The notes below the pieces were generated by a model. That model did no database searches, was not told the origin of the DNA, and saw only the letters and a list, made by a program, of their open reading frames with translations. A stretch of DNA of 58,818 nucleotides from an uncultured Candidatus Bathyarchaeia archaeon (GTDB taxonomy: Archaea; Thermoproteota; Bathyarchaeia; TCS64): assembly GCA_964347685.1 (NCBI GenBank), contig CAYGAH010000026.1, forward strand, positions 1 through 58,818, written 5' to 3'. A program made the position numbers and the translations under genes. The stretch's first letter is position 1. Each line of letters opens with the position of its first letter. Shown piece after piece: positions 44,987 to 54,509 of the stretch.

Positions 44987-45646
44987 TCAGCTTGATCCTT
45001 TTCGTTCAGGGTAGGGGCAGAGGTCCCTCAGGAAGCATTTGTCGCAGAGGGGTCTAGGGGCTTTACAGGTCTCCCTCCCGAACCTGATCAGCAGAACGTG
45101 GACGTCCTCATAACGCTCCGGGTCGGCCGCCTCCTCCAGCACCGAGCGTACCTGCTCGTAGGAGGCGTTCCCAGGGACCAGTTCAAGTCGCTTCGTGATC
45201 CGGGCTATGTGGCGATCAACCGGTATGACCCTCTTACCCCCCTCGAACATGAGTACTACGTCGGCGGTCTTCGGCCCCACCCCCGGGAGCCCCATGAGTT
45301 CCTCTCTTGCCTCGGGGAAGGGCTTGTCCAAGACCGGTGAGATGTCGCCACCGTACTTCTCCAGCACCGCCGAGGAGAGCCTCTTCAGGGTTACGCTGCG
45401 CTGGTTGTACATTCCTGCGGGCCTTATAGCGTCTGCGATCTTACGGACCGGGGCCCCTGCCAAGTCTTTGGGGGTGATCCCTATCCTCTCCTCAAGCCGT
45501 TTGAAGGCGGCGGCCTCGTTACTGTAGCGGGTGTTCTGGCTAAGTATGGTGCGGACGAGCCCCCTGAAGGGGTCGCCACTCCTGGGCCTCCAGCGCCTCT
45601 CGTAGTGGGAGAGGAGGCGATCAACTATCTCTCGGGCCCTGCTCAA
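44987..45646 (-). CDS. nth: Endonuclease III (DNA glycosylase/AP lyase, [4Fe-4S])
   Basis: 219-aa ORF with an HhH-GPD region (LMGLPGVGPKTADVVL, PVDRHI) and the C-terminal cluster CKAPRPLCDKCFLRDLC. Confidence 0.88.
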   Translation of the reverse strand: MSRAREIVDRLLSHYERRWRPRSGDPFRGLVRTILSQNTRYSNEAAAFKRLEERIGITPKDLAGAPVRKIADAIRPAGMYNQRSVTLKRLSSAVLEKYGGDISPVLDKPFPEAREELMGLPGVGPKTADVVLMFEGGKRVIPVDRHIARITKRLELVPGNASYEQVRSVLEEAADPERYEDVHVLLIRFGRETCKAPRPLCDKCFLRDLCPYPERKGSS

Positions 45647-46787
45647 CCTTTATCGCGCCCTCGGCCCGCAGGTGGGTCTCCAACTCCCTTACCCTATGGG
45701 AGATCAGTTGTAGGAGCTCATCGAGGTGGGCCCTCTCCTGGGCCGAAACAGATATCCAAGGTATCCCGTATCTCTCCAGCCCAAGAAGCTCGCCTATGCG
45801 GTCCGCAAGCTCCGGGGCCAGGTCGATCTTATTGAAGACTATTATTACCCTCTCGTAGGGGACACCAATGTCCTTCAGGAGCCTGAGGCCCTCTGCGATC
45901 TTCATCTGAAGGGTGAGCTGGGGGTCAGTTATCTCGAGGAGCAGGATGACCAGGTCGGCGCTCCTGATGTCCTCGAGGTTGAGCTGGAAGCTCCTTATTA
46001 GGCGGGGGTCCAGGTCAAGGACGAACCCGATGGTGTCTATGAAGAGAAAGGTGGTCTCGTGGTCGATGAACCTCCGCTGGTACTTGCTCGAGAGGGTGGT
46101 GAAGGGCCTGTCGCTGACCGGCTTGTCGTCACCGGTCAAGGCGTTGAACAGGCTCGTCTTCCCCGCGTTGTAGTAGCCTGAGATGCAGATGGTGGGGTAG
46201 CCCAGCTCCTTCCTCTTCCTAATCCTCTGCCTCTTCTCCCTCATTAGTTCCTCTATCTGGTCACGGATCCGGGCCTGCCTCCGACTAATCTCCCTCAGCT
46301 GGCCATGGAAGGCGTACTCGCCTGAGCTCCTGAAGAAAGGCCGCTCCTGGATGTAGTTGACGGAAGCCTGTAGCTTGAAGAAGGGGGCCAGCTTCTCCAG
46401 TCTAGCCGCCTCTATCTGGAGCTTGCTCAGGCTATCAGAGGCCATCTGGTCGAATATTTCTAGAGTGAGTTCGTAGCGGTCGATGACCTCGCAGTCAAGG
46501 GCCATCATCAGGTTGAGCTTCTGGCTGCTCCTAAGGAGGTTGTAGAAAATGGCGAGGTCAATGTCGTGCTTCTTCATTTTCTGCTTTGTCTCCTTCACCT
46601 TGCCGCTGCCGATGTAGTATTTGGCGAAGGGCTTGTAGCGGCTCTGGACTACCTCGTCTACGACCTCTATGCCAAGTGTCTCTGCCAGGCGCTTCAGCTC
46701 GTCTAGGCGGAGCCTGTATATCTTGTGGTCGTGAACGTTGATCTTCATCATGCAGAGGATAGCTCTGCCCCTGACCGAATCCGACAC
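45621..46787 (-). CDS. hflX: GTPase HflX
   Basis: 388-aa ORF with an HflX N-terminal domain, the G1 motif GYYNAGKTSLFNALTG, G3 DTIGF and G4 NKIDL. Confidence 0.88.
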   Translation of the reverse strand: MSDSVRGRAILCMMKINVHDHKIYRLRLDELKRLAETLGIEVVDEVVQSRYKPFAKYYIGSGKVKETKQKMKKHDIDLAIFYNLLRSSQKLNLMMALDCEVIDRYELTLEIFDQMASDSLSKLQIEAARLEKLAPFFKLQASVNYIQERPFFRSSGEYAFHGQLREISRRQARIRDQIEELMREKRQRIRKRKELGYPTICISGYYNAGKTSLFNALTGDDKPVSDRPFTTLSSKYQRRFIDHETTFLFIDTIGFVLDLDPRLIRSFQLNLEDIRSADLVILLLEITDPQLTLQMKIAEGLRLLKDIGVPYERVIIVFNKIDLAPELADRIGELLGLERYGIPWISVSAQERAHLDELLQLISHRVRELETHLRAEGAIKVEQGPRDS

Positions 46788-46807
46788 AACCTCAAATCCT
46801 CAATCCC

Positions 46808-46965
46808 AAAATAATAACCCTTCCTAAACATCGGAATCGTGGGATGCATTTCAACGTCTCGGAGTTCATTCTCAACATCCTTAGAGGGTGGTAAGACCCG
46901 CCATCGCATTTGGGAAACGCAATGAAACGGCGAGCACATCCTCGACGCTAAACGGGTCTTACCAT
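46808..46965 (-). ncRNA. Candidate structured small RNA of unknown class (two-domain fold, own TATA box)
   Basis: An 11-bp stem pairs 46953-46963 with 46890-46900 and encloses two hairpins. One of them (46903-46923) has two G-U pairs that work only on the minus strand. A second domain pairs 46876-46889 with 46817-46846. A minus-strand TTTAAAAA (46986-46993) lies about 25 nt upstream, and a T-rich run lies at 46808-46817. Confidence 0.3.
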
Positions 46966-47085
46966 ATCTCCACATCAGCAGGGCGTTTTTAAATGTTATA
47001 GCTTGTACTGAGACTTAAGACTACAAGAAGGTTTTGACTCATTGCCCACGAATGCTATCCAGGTGATGAAGGAGAAAAATATCGG

Positions 47086-47427
47086 CTAGAATGGCTTCTC
47101 TTTCCTAACTTCCCTGTAGAGCCTGCTGTAGACCGATTCCCATTTGCCTTCCTGGATCTTATCGCATATCTCGTACATGATCTCCCGGAATGCCCTCTTC
47201 TGGTCCTCGTCCTCGTACTTGTAGTAGAGGGCGGATAGGTCGCACCATATCTCCTCCTTTATCTCCTCAAGGTCCACCTCGGAGGGTGGGAGGATCTGGT
47301 TGACCATCCCCTTGACCTTTTCCCTCAGGGACTCGGGTTTCTCATCCGACGCCATCGGAGCTTCGATGCTTCGAGCATCTGTATTTGGATATAAACCTTG
47401 CGAGCTACTGCCTAAATTACCATACAT
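47086..47427 (-). CDS. Hypothetical small acidic protein
   Basis: 113-aa ORF. The helical C-terminal half reads EIWCDLSALYYKYEDEDQKRAFREIMYEICDKIQEGKW. No recognisable motif. The real start may be the internal Met (MASDEKPE). Confidence 0.4.
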   Translation of the reverse strand: MYGNLGSSSQGLYPNTDARSIEAPMASDEKPESLREKVKGMVNQILPPSEVDLEEIKEEIWCDLSALYYKYEDEDQKRAFREIMYEICDKIQEGKWESVYSRLYREVRKEKPF

Positions 47428-47579
47428 TTAATACTTTTTTAATAATATTAGTTAAAAAATCCACGTCAAAACCAATTTACCAATACGTTTCACCTATACT
47501 GAGTATCGAACTATAATCCACCGAAGCCCACAGCGAGAGGAACCCATTTTACACGATAAAACCTTATAATATACTGGAA

Positions 47580-48428
47580 ATGAGGCCGAGGCGAGTCCCC
47601 CTCTTAACCGCTGCCGTTGCAAGGCAGATACTGGACCTAAAAGAAAGGGTCTCTTTGGACCTCGGCCTCTCGGAATCAAGGGTGACAGTGGAAGAGGAGC
47701 TAGCGGTCTTCCCTGGCGAAGAGCGGATAAGCCTGGAGGACTTGGAGAAGGTCACGAGTCGAGAAGATGCGGTTTACTTCCCTGAGAACGGTTCGCTCTA
47801 CATGGTAGCCACATCCGACGACCATTTCTACAAACTTGTGCCTACAACAGGCGCCCCGACGATAGAGATAGACGGGATCCGAATGCATAGGACAAAGGGG
47901 ACGACCCCTAAAAAGGATGCGGCCGAAAAGCTCGAAATCCTGGGCCTCGAGGGCGGCAGGGTCCTCGACACCTGCGCAGGGTTGGGATATACCTCGGTCG
48001 GGGCACTGGAGAGGGGAGCGGAGCTTGTCCTCACCGTGGAGCTCGAGCCCCCAGTGCTGAGGATAGCCGAGTTGAACCCATGGTCTTGGAGGATTTTCGA
48101 GGACGACCGCCTAAACATCGTCCTGGGAGACAGCTTCAACGTGGTAGATGCCCTCCCGGAGGCTTTCTTTGACTACGTGGTCCACGATCCTCCCCGCCTG
48201 GCCCACGCGGGCCACCTCTACGGCCTAGAGTTCTACAGGAAAATATACAGGGCTCTGAGGGTGGGAGGGAGGCTCTTCCACTACGCCGGTGAACCGGGGT
48301 CCCGCCACAGGGGGTTGGACATACGCCGGGGCGTGGCCAGCCGCCTCAGAAGGGCAGGGTTCAGGAATGTCTCCTACCACAGGGAGGCCATGGGTTTGAC
48401 CTGTGAGAAATTAAATGCTGACGACTAG
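47580..48428 (+). CDS. SAM-dependent methyltransferase (COG2521-like predicted archaeal methyltransferase)
   Basis: 282-aa ORF with motif I VLDTCAGLGYTS and motif IV VVHDPPR. Confidence 0.7.
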   Translation: MRPRRVPLLTAAVARQILDLKERVSLDLGLSESRVTVEEELAVFPGEERISLEDLEKVTSREDAVYFPENGSLYMVATSDDHFYKLVPTTGAPTIEIDGIRMHRTKGTTPKKDAAEKLEILGLEGGRVLDTCAGLGYTSVGALERGAELVLTVELEPPVLRIAELNPWSWRIFEDDRLNIVLGDSFNVVDALPEAFFDYVVHDPPRLAHAGHLYGLEFYRKIYRALRVGGRLFHYAGEPGSRHRGLDIRRGVASRLRRAGFRNVSYHREAMGLTCEKLNADD

Positions 48429-48432
48429 TTGC

Positions 48433-49467
48433 TCAGCCCAATTCCTCTAGAATCCTGTATATTTCGTCTTGATCGACGGCCTCGATGGGCTCAGCCTCTC
48501 CCTCCCTCAACAAGAACCGTCCCTCAGACGTCGAAACCACCTCCCCTATTATCGAGGCTGCCACGCCCAACTCCAGCAGGGATTTGACGATCTCCTCTGC
48601 CTTCGTAGGCTCCGCAGTTATCAAGAGGCTCCCGGAGCCCAGGAGCTTTAGAGGGTCCACATTCAATGCGTCGCAGATCTCCTGGGTCTCAGGGGCGATG
48701 GGGATGGACCACTCATTAGCAATGAGCCCGACCCCTGCGGCCTCTGCCAACTCCCAAAGTCCGTTCAGGAGGCCCCCCTCGGTGGGGTCGTGGAGGGAGT
48801 GGACCCCGCCCACCTCCATCGCCTTCATGGCCTCGGGGACGACGCTTATGCTCCTCAGCATGCCCTGGGCCCGTTTCAGAGTCTCATCGCTTACGCTTCT
48901 CCTCAGCCTATCTACAAGGTCGGTGGCTAGGACCGCCGTTCCCTCGACGCCTGCGGTCTTTGTCATTATTATTAGGTCTCCCGGCCTGGCGCCTCCCGTA
49001 GTGACGTACCCGTCCCTGGGCGCCTCGCCCATCATGAACCCGGCGAGGATGGGCTTATCGAGGCCGGGGGTCGTCTCCGTGTGGCCCCCAATTAGGCTGA
49101 CCCCCACCTCGAGGCAGGCCGAGTGCAGGTCCTTCATGATTCCCTCCAGAAGGGACTCTTCGGCACCCTCGGGTAGGAGGGCGATGCATATGAACCATAG
49201 GGGCTTGGCGCCGGTGGAGGCTATGTCGTTGGCGTTTATGTGGACCGAGAGCCAGCCGATGTTCCCCTCGGCCCCCGTTATGGGGTCGCCCTTCACGACC
49301 AGGACCCTGTCGCCCATGTCTACGACGGCGGCGTCCTCCCCCACCCCAGGGCCCTGGAGGAGCCTGTCGGTAGGCACCCCAAGGCATTTGAAGACCACCC
49401 TCCTGAGGATGTCAGAGGGGACCTTCCCCGTGCGGAACCTTCTGACCACCGGCACCTTCCTAGACAT
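48433..49467 (-). CDS. AIR synthase-related protein (PurM/ThiL/HypE superfamily)
   Basis: 344-aa ORF with GVGEDAAVVDMGDRVLVVKGDPIT ... HINANDIASTGAKP and the C-terminal domain typical of the superfamily. Confidence 0.7.
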   Translation of the reverse strand: MSRKVPVVRRFRTGKVPSDILRRVVFKCLGVPTDRLLQGPGVGEDAAVVDMGDRVLVVKGDPITGAEGNIGWLSVHINANDIASTGAKPLWFICIALLPEGAEESLLEGIMKDLHSACLEVGVSLIGGHTETTPGLDKPILAGFMMGEAPRDGYVTTGGARPGDLIIMTKTAGVEGTAVLATDLVDRLRRSVSDETLKRAQGMLRSISVVPEAMKAMEVGGVHSLHDPTEGGLLNGLWELAEAAGVGLIANEWSIPIAPETQEICDALNVDPLKLLGSGSLLITAEPTKAEEIVKSLLELGVAASIIGEVVSTSEGRFLLREGEAEPIEAVDQDEIYRILEELG

Positions 49468-49598
49468 CGACTATAGTTTGATGCGTCGGGATATAGGTTT
49501 TCCCGGGGAGCCACTTTCACCCACCTCTCCACAGACGATATGCTAGGACTTACGCAAAGCATAAATTCCCTGTGCCCAACCCAGAAACGGGGAGATTT

Positions 49599-50774
49599 AT
49601 GAGCAGGCCCCGCAGCGTTTTCGTGGACGAGGGGGTCCTAGACCTCAACTACGTGCCCCTCTCCCTCGTCCACAGGGAGAGGGAGTACAGGTTCCTGGCC
49701 AGCCTCTTCGACTTCATCCTCAACGCCCCCTACGAGATGACCCAGAGGGCCGTGATAATGGGTGGCGTCGGCTCCGGGAAGACGGCCCTAGCCCAGAGGT
49801 TCGGCCTTAACCTGATGAAGGAGGCGGAGAGGCGGCGGGTAAAGGCCCGCTACGTGCACGTCAACTGCAGGGAGCTCAGGGGCAGCCTCTTCATGGTGCT
49901 CAGGAGGGTGGTGAAGTCCCTCCGCCCCGAGTTCCCCGACAGGGGTTACGCCGCCAACGAGCTCCTAGACACCCTGGTACAGGTCCTGGACGAGGAGGAC
50001 ACCCAGCTCCTCCTATGCCTCGACGAGGTGGACGCCCTGATAGAGGCGGAGGGGAGCGACGCCCTCTACTACCTCACAAGGGTCCAGGAGGAGAGGCTGG
50101 AGGGGCCGAGGCGGCTCAGCCTCATATGCATCTCCAAGACCCCCGAGGCCTTCAAGGGCCTCGACAGGAGCACCCTCAGCTCCCTCCAGAGGAACGTCAT
50201 AAGGATGCCTGAGTACACCCAGCCCCAGCTCGCCGACATAGTCACGAGCAGGGCGGAGACGGCCTTCAGGGAGGACGCAATACCCCCAGAGGTCGTCGAC
50301 TTCATCGCAGAGCTGGCATCAAATGAGGGGGGAGACGCCAGGTACTCAATAGACCTCCTTTGGAGGGCCGGGAAGTACGCCGACAACGACTACTCAAGGG
50401 AGGTCCTCCCCGAGCACGTCAGGAAGGCCGCGGCCACCCTCTTCCCCACCCTGAGGGAGGAGGCTGTGAGGCAGCTTAGCCTCCACGAGAAGCTTGTCCT
50501 GCTTGCGGTGGCCAGGTTCTTCAGGCACAGCAGGGAGGCCCACGCATCCACCGGGGAGATAGAGCTGAGCTACCAGGTGGTCTGCGAGGAGCACGGCGAG
50601 GAGCCCAGGGGCCACACCCAGTTCTGGAAGTACCTGAACCAACTGAAGGGCCTCGACGCCGTCACCGTCAGGCTGGTGGCATCCCCCCAGGGGAGGACCC
50701 ACTACATAGGCCTGGCGAAGGTGCCCGCCGAGGAGCTTGAGAGGGAGGTGGGGAGGATCATTGAGCAGGGCTAG
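49599..50774 (+). CDS. cdc6: Orc1/Cdc6 family replication initiation protein
   Basis: 391 aa from MSRPRSVF, with Walker A GGVGSGKTA, Walker B LLCLDEVD and a C-terminal winged helix. The track ORF starts at the GTG at 49572. Confidence 0.88.
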   Translation: MSRPRSVFVDEGVLDLNYVPLSLVHREREYRFLASLFDFILNAPYEMTQRAVIMGGVGSGKTALAQRFGLNLMKEAERRRVKARYVHVNCRELRGSLFMVLRRVVKSLRPEFPDRGYAANELLDTLVQVLDEEDTQLLLCLDEVDALIEAEGSDALYYLTRVQEERLEGPRRLSLICISKTPEAFKGLDRSTLSSLQRNVIRMPEYTQPQLADIVTSRAETAFREDAIPPEVVDFIAELASNEGGDARYSIDLLWRAGKYADNDYSREVLPEHVRKAAATLFPTLREEAVRQLSLHEKLVLLAVARFFRHSREAHASTGEIELSYQVVCEEHGEEPRGHTQFWKYLNQLKGLDAVTVRLVASPQGRTHYIGLAKVPAEELEREVGRIIEQG

Positions 50775-50781
50775 GAGGGGG

Positions 50782-51054
50782 ATGGAGGCGGAGGAGCTCC
50801 TGGGCTCCAGGGGGCGGATCAGGGTGCTCCAGGTCCTTGCGGAGAGCGGGGAGCTCAACATAAGCGAGGTGAGCCGCAGGACCGGGCTCAACTACACGAG
50901 CGTGGAGCGCCACCTCGTGAAGCTGAAGAGGATGGGGCTCCTCAGGGAGAAGAGGTACGGAAAGATAAGGATATTCGAGGCCCTATTCCGCTCACTGACC
51001 GTCAGCTTCGAGAAGGGCCGGGGTGTGACCGTCGAAGTATCGAAGCCCGAGTGA
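50782..51054 (+). CDS. Small ArsR-like winged-helix DNA-binding protein
   Basis: 90 aa from MEAEELLGSRGRIRVLQVLAESGELNISEVSRRTGLNYTSVERHLVKLKRMGLL. The ATG lies 8 nt after the cdc6 stop. Confidence 0.7.
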   Translation: MEAEELLGSRGRIRVLQVLAESGELNISEVSRRTGLNYTSVERHLVKLKRMGLLREKRYGKIRIFEALFRSLTVSFEKGRGVTVEVSKPE

Positions 51055-51096
51055 AGAACCATAAGGGATGAGGGTTTCCCTCCCAACTGAGGACCT

Positions 51097-52167
51097 TTAT
51101 CTCTCCTTCTTCCCTTGGATGAACTCCTCCACCCAGTCGTGGGCGACGTGGTCAGGCACCTGCTGAGGGGGGTGCTTGAAGGCGTAGGACGATATGCTTA
51201 TGAGCCTGCCCCCTATCCCCCGGTCCAGGGCCAGCTTCACCGCCCTTACGACGTCTATAACGACGCCCGCACTGTTCGGGGAGTCGTTCACAACCAGCTT
51301 GGTGTCGAGCACTAGGGGGAGGTTGCCGAAGCCGTGGCCGTTCACCCTTATGTAGCAGATCTTGTGATCCTCAAGGAATGGGACGTAGTCGCTGGGCCCG
51401 ATCCTTGTGGGGACATCGTAGGGTATCAGGCTCTTGACCGCCTCCGTCTTGCTAACCCTCTTCGTCTTCAGCCGGCTCTCAATGGTCATGTTCTGGAAGT
51501 CAGTGTTCCCCCCTATGTTCAGCTGGTAAGTCGAGTCCAGGTGGACGCCCCTTTCGTGGAAGAGCTCCGCCACCACCCGGTGCAGTATCGTAGCCCCCAG
51601 CTGGCTCTTTATGTCGTCCCCAGCCACGGGCAGCCCCGCGTCCGTGAACCTCTCCGCCCATTGATCGTCGGACGCTATGAACTCGGGGATGCAGTTCACG
51701 AAGGCGCAGCCAGCTTCCAGCGCGGCCTGGGCGTAGATCCTCGTCCCCTCTGCGCTCCCCACTGGAAGGTAGTTGACCAGCACTTCGGCCTCGGCTTCCC
51801 TCAGGACATCAGCCACGTCGACGGATTCTTGATCCTTATCGACGTGGAAGGGGCCGAACATGTGGAGCGCCACGCCGTCCGAGATGGGCCCCGATAAAAC
51901 CTTGACTCCGGTCCTTGGCACGTCGGCGAACTTGGCGCAGCAGTTGGGATCGGCCCATATGGCCTCCGAGAGGTCCTTCCCGATCTTCAGGTTGTTTACG
52001 TCGAAGGCTGCTACGAATTCTATGTCCCTTATGTGGTAGTCTCCGAACCTGACATGCATAACCCCGGGCACCTCCTCGGTGTCCTCGGCGTCCCTATAGT
52101 ACTCGACGCCCTGTATGAGGGCTGATGCACAGTTCCCAACTCCAGCGATCGCGACCCTAACACTCAT
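51097..52167 (-). CDS. ino1: myo-Inositol-1-phosphate synthase
   Basis: 356-aa ORF with MSVRVAIAGVGNCASALIQGVEYY and downstream conserved MIPS blocks (SQLGATILHR, YIRVNG). Confidence 0.85.
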   Translation of the reverse strand: MSVRVAIAGVGNCASALIQGVEYYRDAEDTEEVPGVMHVRFGDYHIRDIEFVAAFDVNNLKIGKDLSEAIWADPNCCAKFADVPRTGVKVLSGPISDGVALHMFGPFHVDKDQESVDVADVLREAEAEVLVNYLPVGSAEGTRIYAQAALEAGCAFVNCIPEFIASDDQWAERFTDAGLPVAGDDIKSQLGATILHRVVAELFHERGVHLDSTYQLNIGGNTDFQNMTIESRLKTKRVSKTEAVKSLIPYDVPTRIGPSDYVPFLEDHKICYIRVNGHGFGNLPLVLDTKLVVNDSPNSAGVVIDVVRAVKLALDRGIGGRLISISSYAFKHPPQQVPDHVAHDWVEEFIQGKKER

Positions 52168-52275
52168 AGCGATGCCCCACCTTCTTGAGGCAGTATTAAC
52201 GACTAGGACCTATCTAAATGTGCGCATTGGATACAACAGGTTATCCATTCTTTGGTTGCGCTCTGCCTGAACGAC

Positions 52276-54204
52276 TCAGACGGTTCTGCAATTTGTGGCA
52301 GGCAGCTTGATGATGAAGGACGTACCCTTGCCGACTGTAGAGTCGACTTCGATAGCCCCGCCGTGAGCCTCGACGGCGTATTTCACGTAGGGCAAACCCA
52401 GGCCTTCGTTGTCTTTTGTGTAGGAAGGATCGAATAGTCTCTCGATTTTTTCTTTGGAGATTCCTTTCCCCGTGTCCGATATCTTGATGGCGACCGTGTC
52501 ACCGTCCTCCTCCGCCTCTATGGTTAATTTCCCCCCGAAGGGCATAGCCTCCACCGCGTCCCTGATCAAGTTGTCCAAGACCCTCTGGAATTTTGTCCTG
52601 TCTATCGAGGCCTTTATTTTGCTCCCAACGCTTATTTCCACATCTATTATGCTGGGTATCAGGGATGTTTTCACAGACTGTTCGATGAGCTCAGAGATGT
52701 CCACAGTGGTTTTGTCCAGCATACCCAAGTTATAGAACTTGGAGAAGTCTTCTAGAATCTTCGCCGAGTATTTTACGCTCCTCTCTATCACGTCCAGCAT
52801 CTTCTCCTTGTTAGAGGTATCATGTTTGAGGAGGGAAGCGGCGTTCGTTATGTTTTGGAGGGGCCCCCTGAGGTCGTGTGCCACCATGGACGTTAGCCTA
52901 GACATCCCATCGATGAAGCCCCTCAAACTCATCTCGTTTATCCTCTCGTTATGTTGGAGCCTCTCAAGGGCCGTTGCCACGAGCTCGGCGAAAACCTCAA
53001 TGACCTTCTGGTCACGCTCTGTGAAGTCGTGGGGTTTTTCGCTCTCAACGTTTATGACGGCCAAGACTTTTTCACGCACTTTTACGGGCACGTCCAGTTC
53101 CGAGAGGGTAGGATAATGGACGTTGCTCGGCCCGGGTATGTAATCTTCGTCTTCCTCCACGTTCTGGACTAGCTGTGATTCCCCCGTCCTCACAGCCCTT
53201 ACGGTTATGCCCCTGCCATCCAGAGGGAGCTCAAGGGGCATGCCTATTCGCCTTAGGAGGCTGAGCTTTAGGTAGCCCCCCTCTACGAACCCGATGCTCA
53301 TGTGGTTGTACCCTAGGACCTGCTCTATCACGTTGAAAGTGACCTCTGCGATCTCCTCCTTGCTCTTGGCTTCTATCAACTCCGCTGCGTGCCTGTGCAG
53401 GGCTTCGAGCCTTTGCTCGTATATGACTCTCTCAGTGATATTCTCGAATGCGACTGCTAACCTGTCCCCCGGTATCCAGAAAGAACGGATCCTAAAATAA
53501 CCAGAGATCCTGTCATCCACCCAGTACAACTTTTCGCTCTTGAAGATCCTCCCCGTTCCCCTTAGACTCAGGTAGGCCTCCTTCAACTCCTCCCCCTGCC
53601 CCCATATCTCATCGAACTCCTTGCCCCTCAGCTCATCTATCTTTAGCTTGGTGAGGCGTTCCGCCTCCGGGTTGCCGTCTAGCAACATGAGGCAGTCGGG
53701 GGTCAGATACTGGTAGATTAAGAGGCCGGCGGGGATCTCCCTAAATATATCGGCGGTGGCCTGCCAATAGGCTTTGAGTTCGTCCTCGGCCCAGTACTTC
53801 GCCACTAACGACTTTATGCGCTCAGCCAGGATCCTGTAGTGGCTGGCGTTGGCCTCCTTATTTTCGTATGCGTCTATGCCGACAGAGAAGGCCTCCGAGG
53901 CCACGTCTTCGCTCCCTCGCCCCGTGTACAGGACGAGAGGGATGCTCATCCTCCGCTTAACCTTGACCGCTAGCTCTATGCCGTTCATCGTCGGCATCGC
54001 ATAGTCACAGACGATGCAGTCGTAGCTGAACTTCTCGAGCTTCTCCAGGGCCTCTTGGGGTGAGGATGCCGAGTCGACTGAGAAAGCCGGATCTTCCCTC
54101 TCAAGGAAGAGCTTGGTTAGGTAGAGCTGGTCCGGTTCGTCGTCCACGTGGAGAATCCGGATCAGGTCCCTTTGCCGGGATTGGTGAAGCCTCAGCAACC
54201 TCAT
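52276..54204 (-). CDS. Hybrid sensor protein: receiver, PAS, GAF and histidine kinase (HisKA plus HATPase_c) domains
   Basis: 642-aa ORF. Receiver: ILHVDDEPD...VCDYAMPTMNG. H-box: MVAHDLRGPL. ATPase N/G boxes: LDNLIRDAVEAMP, DTGKGI, GLGLPY. Confidence 0.85.
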   Translation of the reverse strand: MRLLRLHQSRQRDLIRILHVDDEPDQLYLTKLFLEREDPAFSVDSASSPQEALEKLEKFSYDCIVCDYAMPTMNGIELAVKVKRRMSIPLVLYTGRGSEDVASEAFSVGIDAYENKEANASHYRILAERIKSLVAKYWAEDELKAYWQATADIFREIPAGLLIYQYLTPDCLMLLDGNPEAERLTKLKIDELRGKEFDEIWGQGEELKEAYLSLRGTGRIFKSEKLYWVDDRISGYFRIRSFWIPGDRLAVAFENITERVIYEQRLEALHRHAAELIEAKSKEEIAEVTFNVIEQVLGYNHMSIGFVEGGYLKLSLLRRIGMPLELPLDGRGITVRAVRTGESQLVQNVEEDEDYIPGPSNVHYPTLSELDVPVKVREKVLAVINVESEKPHDFTERDQKVIEVFAELVATALERLQHNERINEMSLRGFIDGMSRLTSMVAHDLRGPLQNITNAASLLKHDTSNKEKMLDVIERSVKYSAKILEDFSKFYNLGMLDKTTVDISELIEQSVKTSLIPSIIDVEISVGSKIKASIDRTKFQRVLDNLIRDAVEAMPFGGKLTIEAEEDGDTVAIKISDTGKGISKEKIERLFDPSYTKDNEGLGLPYVKYAVEAHGGAIEVDSTVGKGTSFIIKLPATNCRTV

Positions 54205-54509
54205 CTAGTTCTATTTTGAGGATTTTGTTTAAATGTCTTATTGAAAGTATTTTGTGCTAATTTTGTTGATCGGCTTCTTATTGCGGCCTCAGCTTAACTC
54301 TGATCGCTCATCTGTTCGCCCTAATGCCTTTACATCATCGGCCGGTTAGTGTTTCTGGGCGACGGAATAAATAGGTATCGATCGATTTTCTCGGATTTTG
54401 AGCCCTTTTATCCCTATTTTAGCTAGGAGGTCTCCTTTTTCAGCGATTTAAGCCGAAACGTGGTCGCAACAATTATTTATCCATCGGAACTATTTTTCCT
54501 CCGACATCC

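Noticed and set aside
46748-46975. Track ORF of 75 aa overlapping the hflX start and the structured region.
   Set aside because: It overlaps the hflX N-terminus out of frame. Its sequence is Cys/Arg/Trp-rich and non-protein-like. The region has RNA-like paired structure instead.
47435-47459. AT-rich palindrome TTTTTTAA-TAATATTAG-TTAAAAAA, about 2 kb from orc1/cdc6. I considered it as a replication-origin unwinding element.
   Set aside because: It is only ~40 bp of AT-rich DNA with no flanking ORB repeats. It sits in a divergent promoter region, where such TATA-like sequence is expected.
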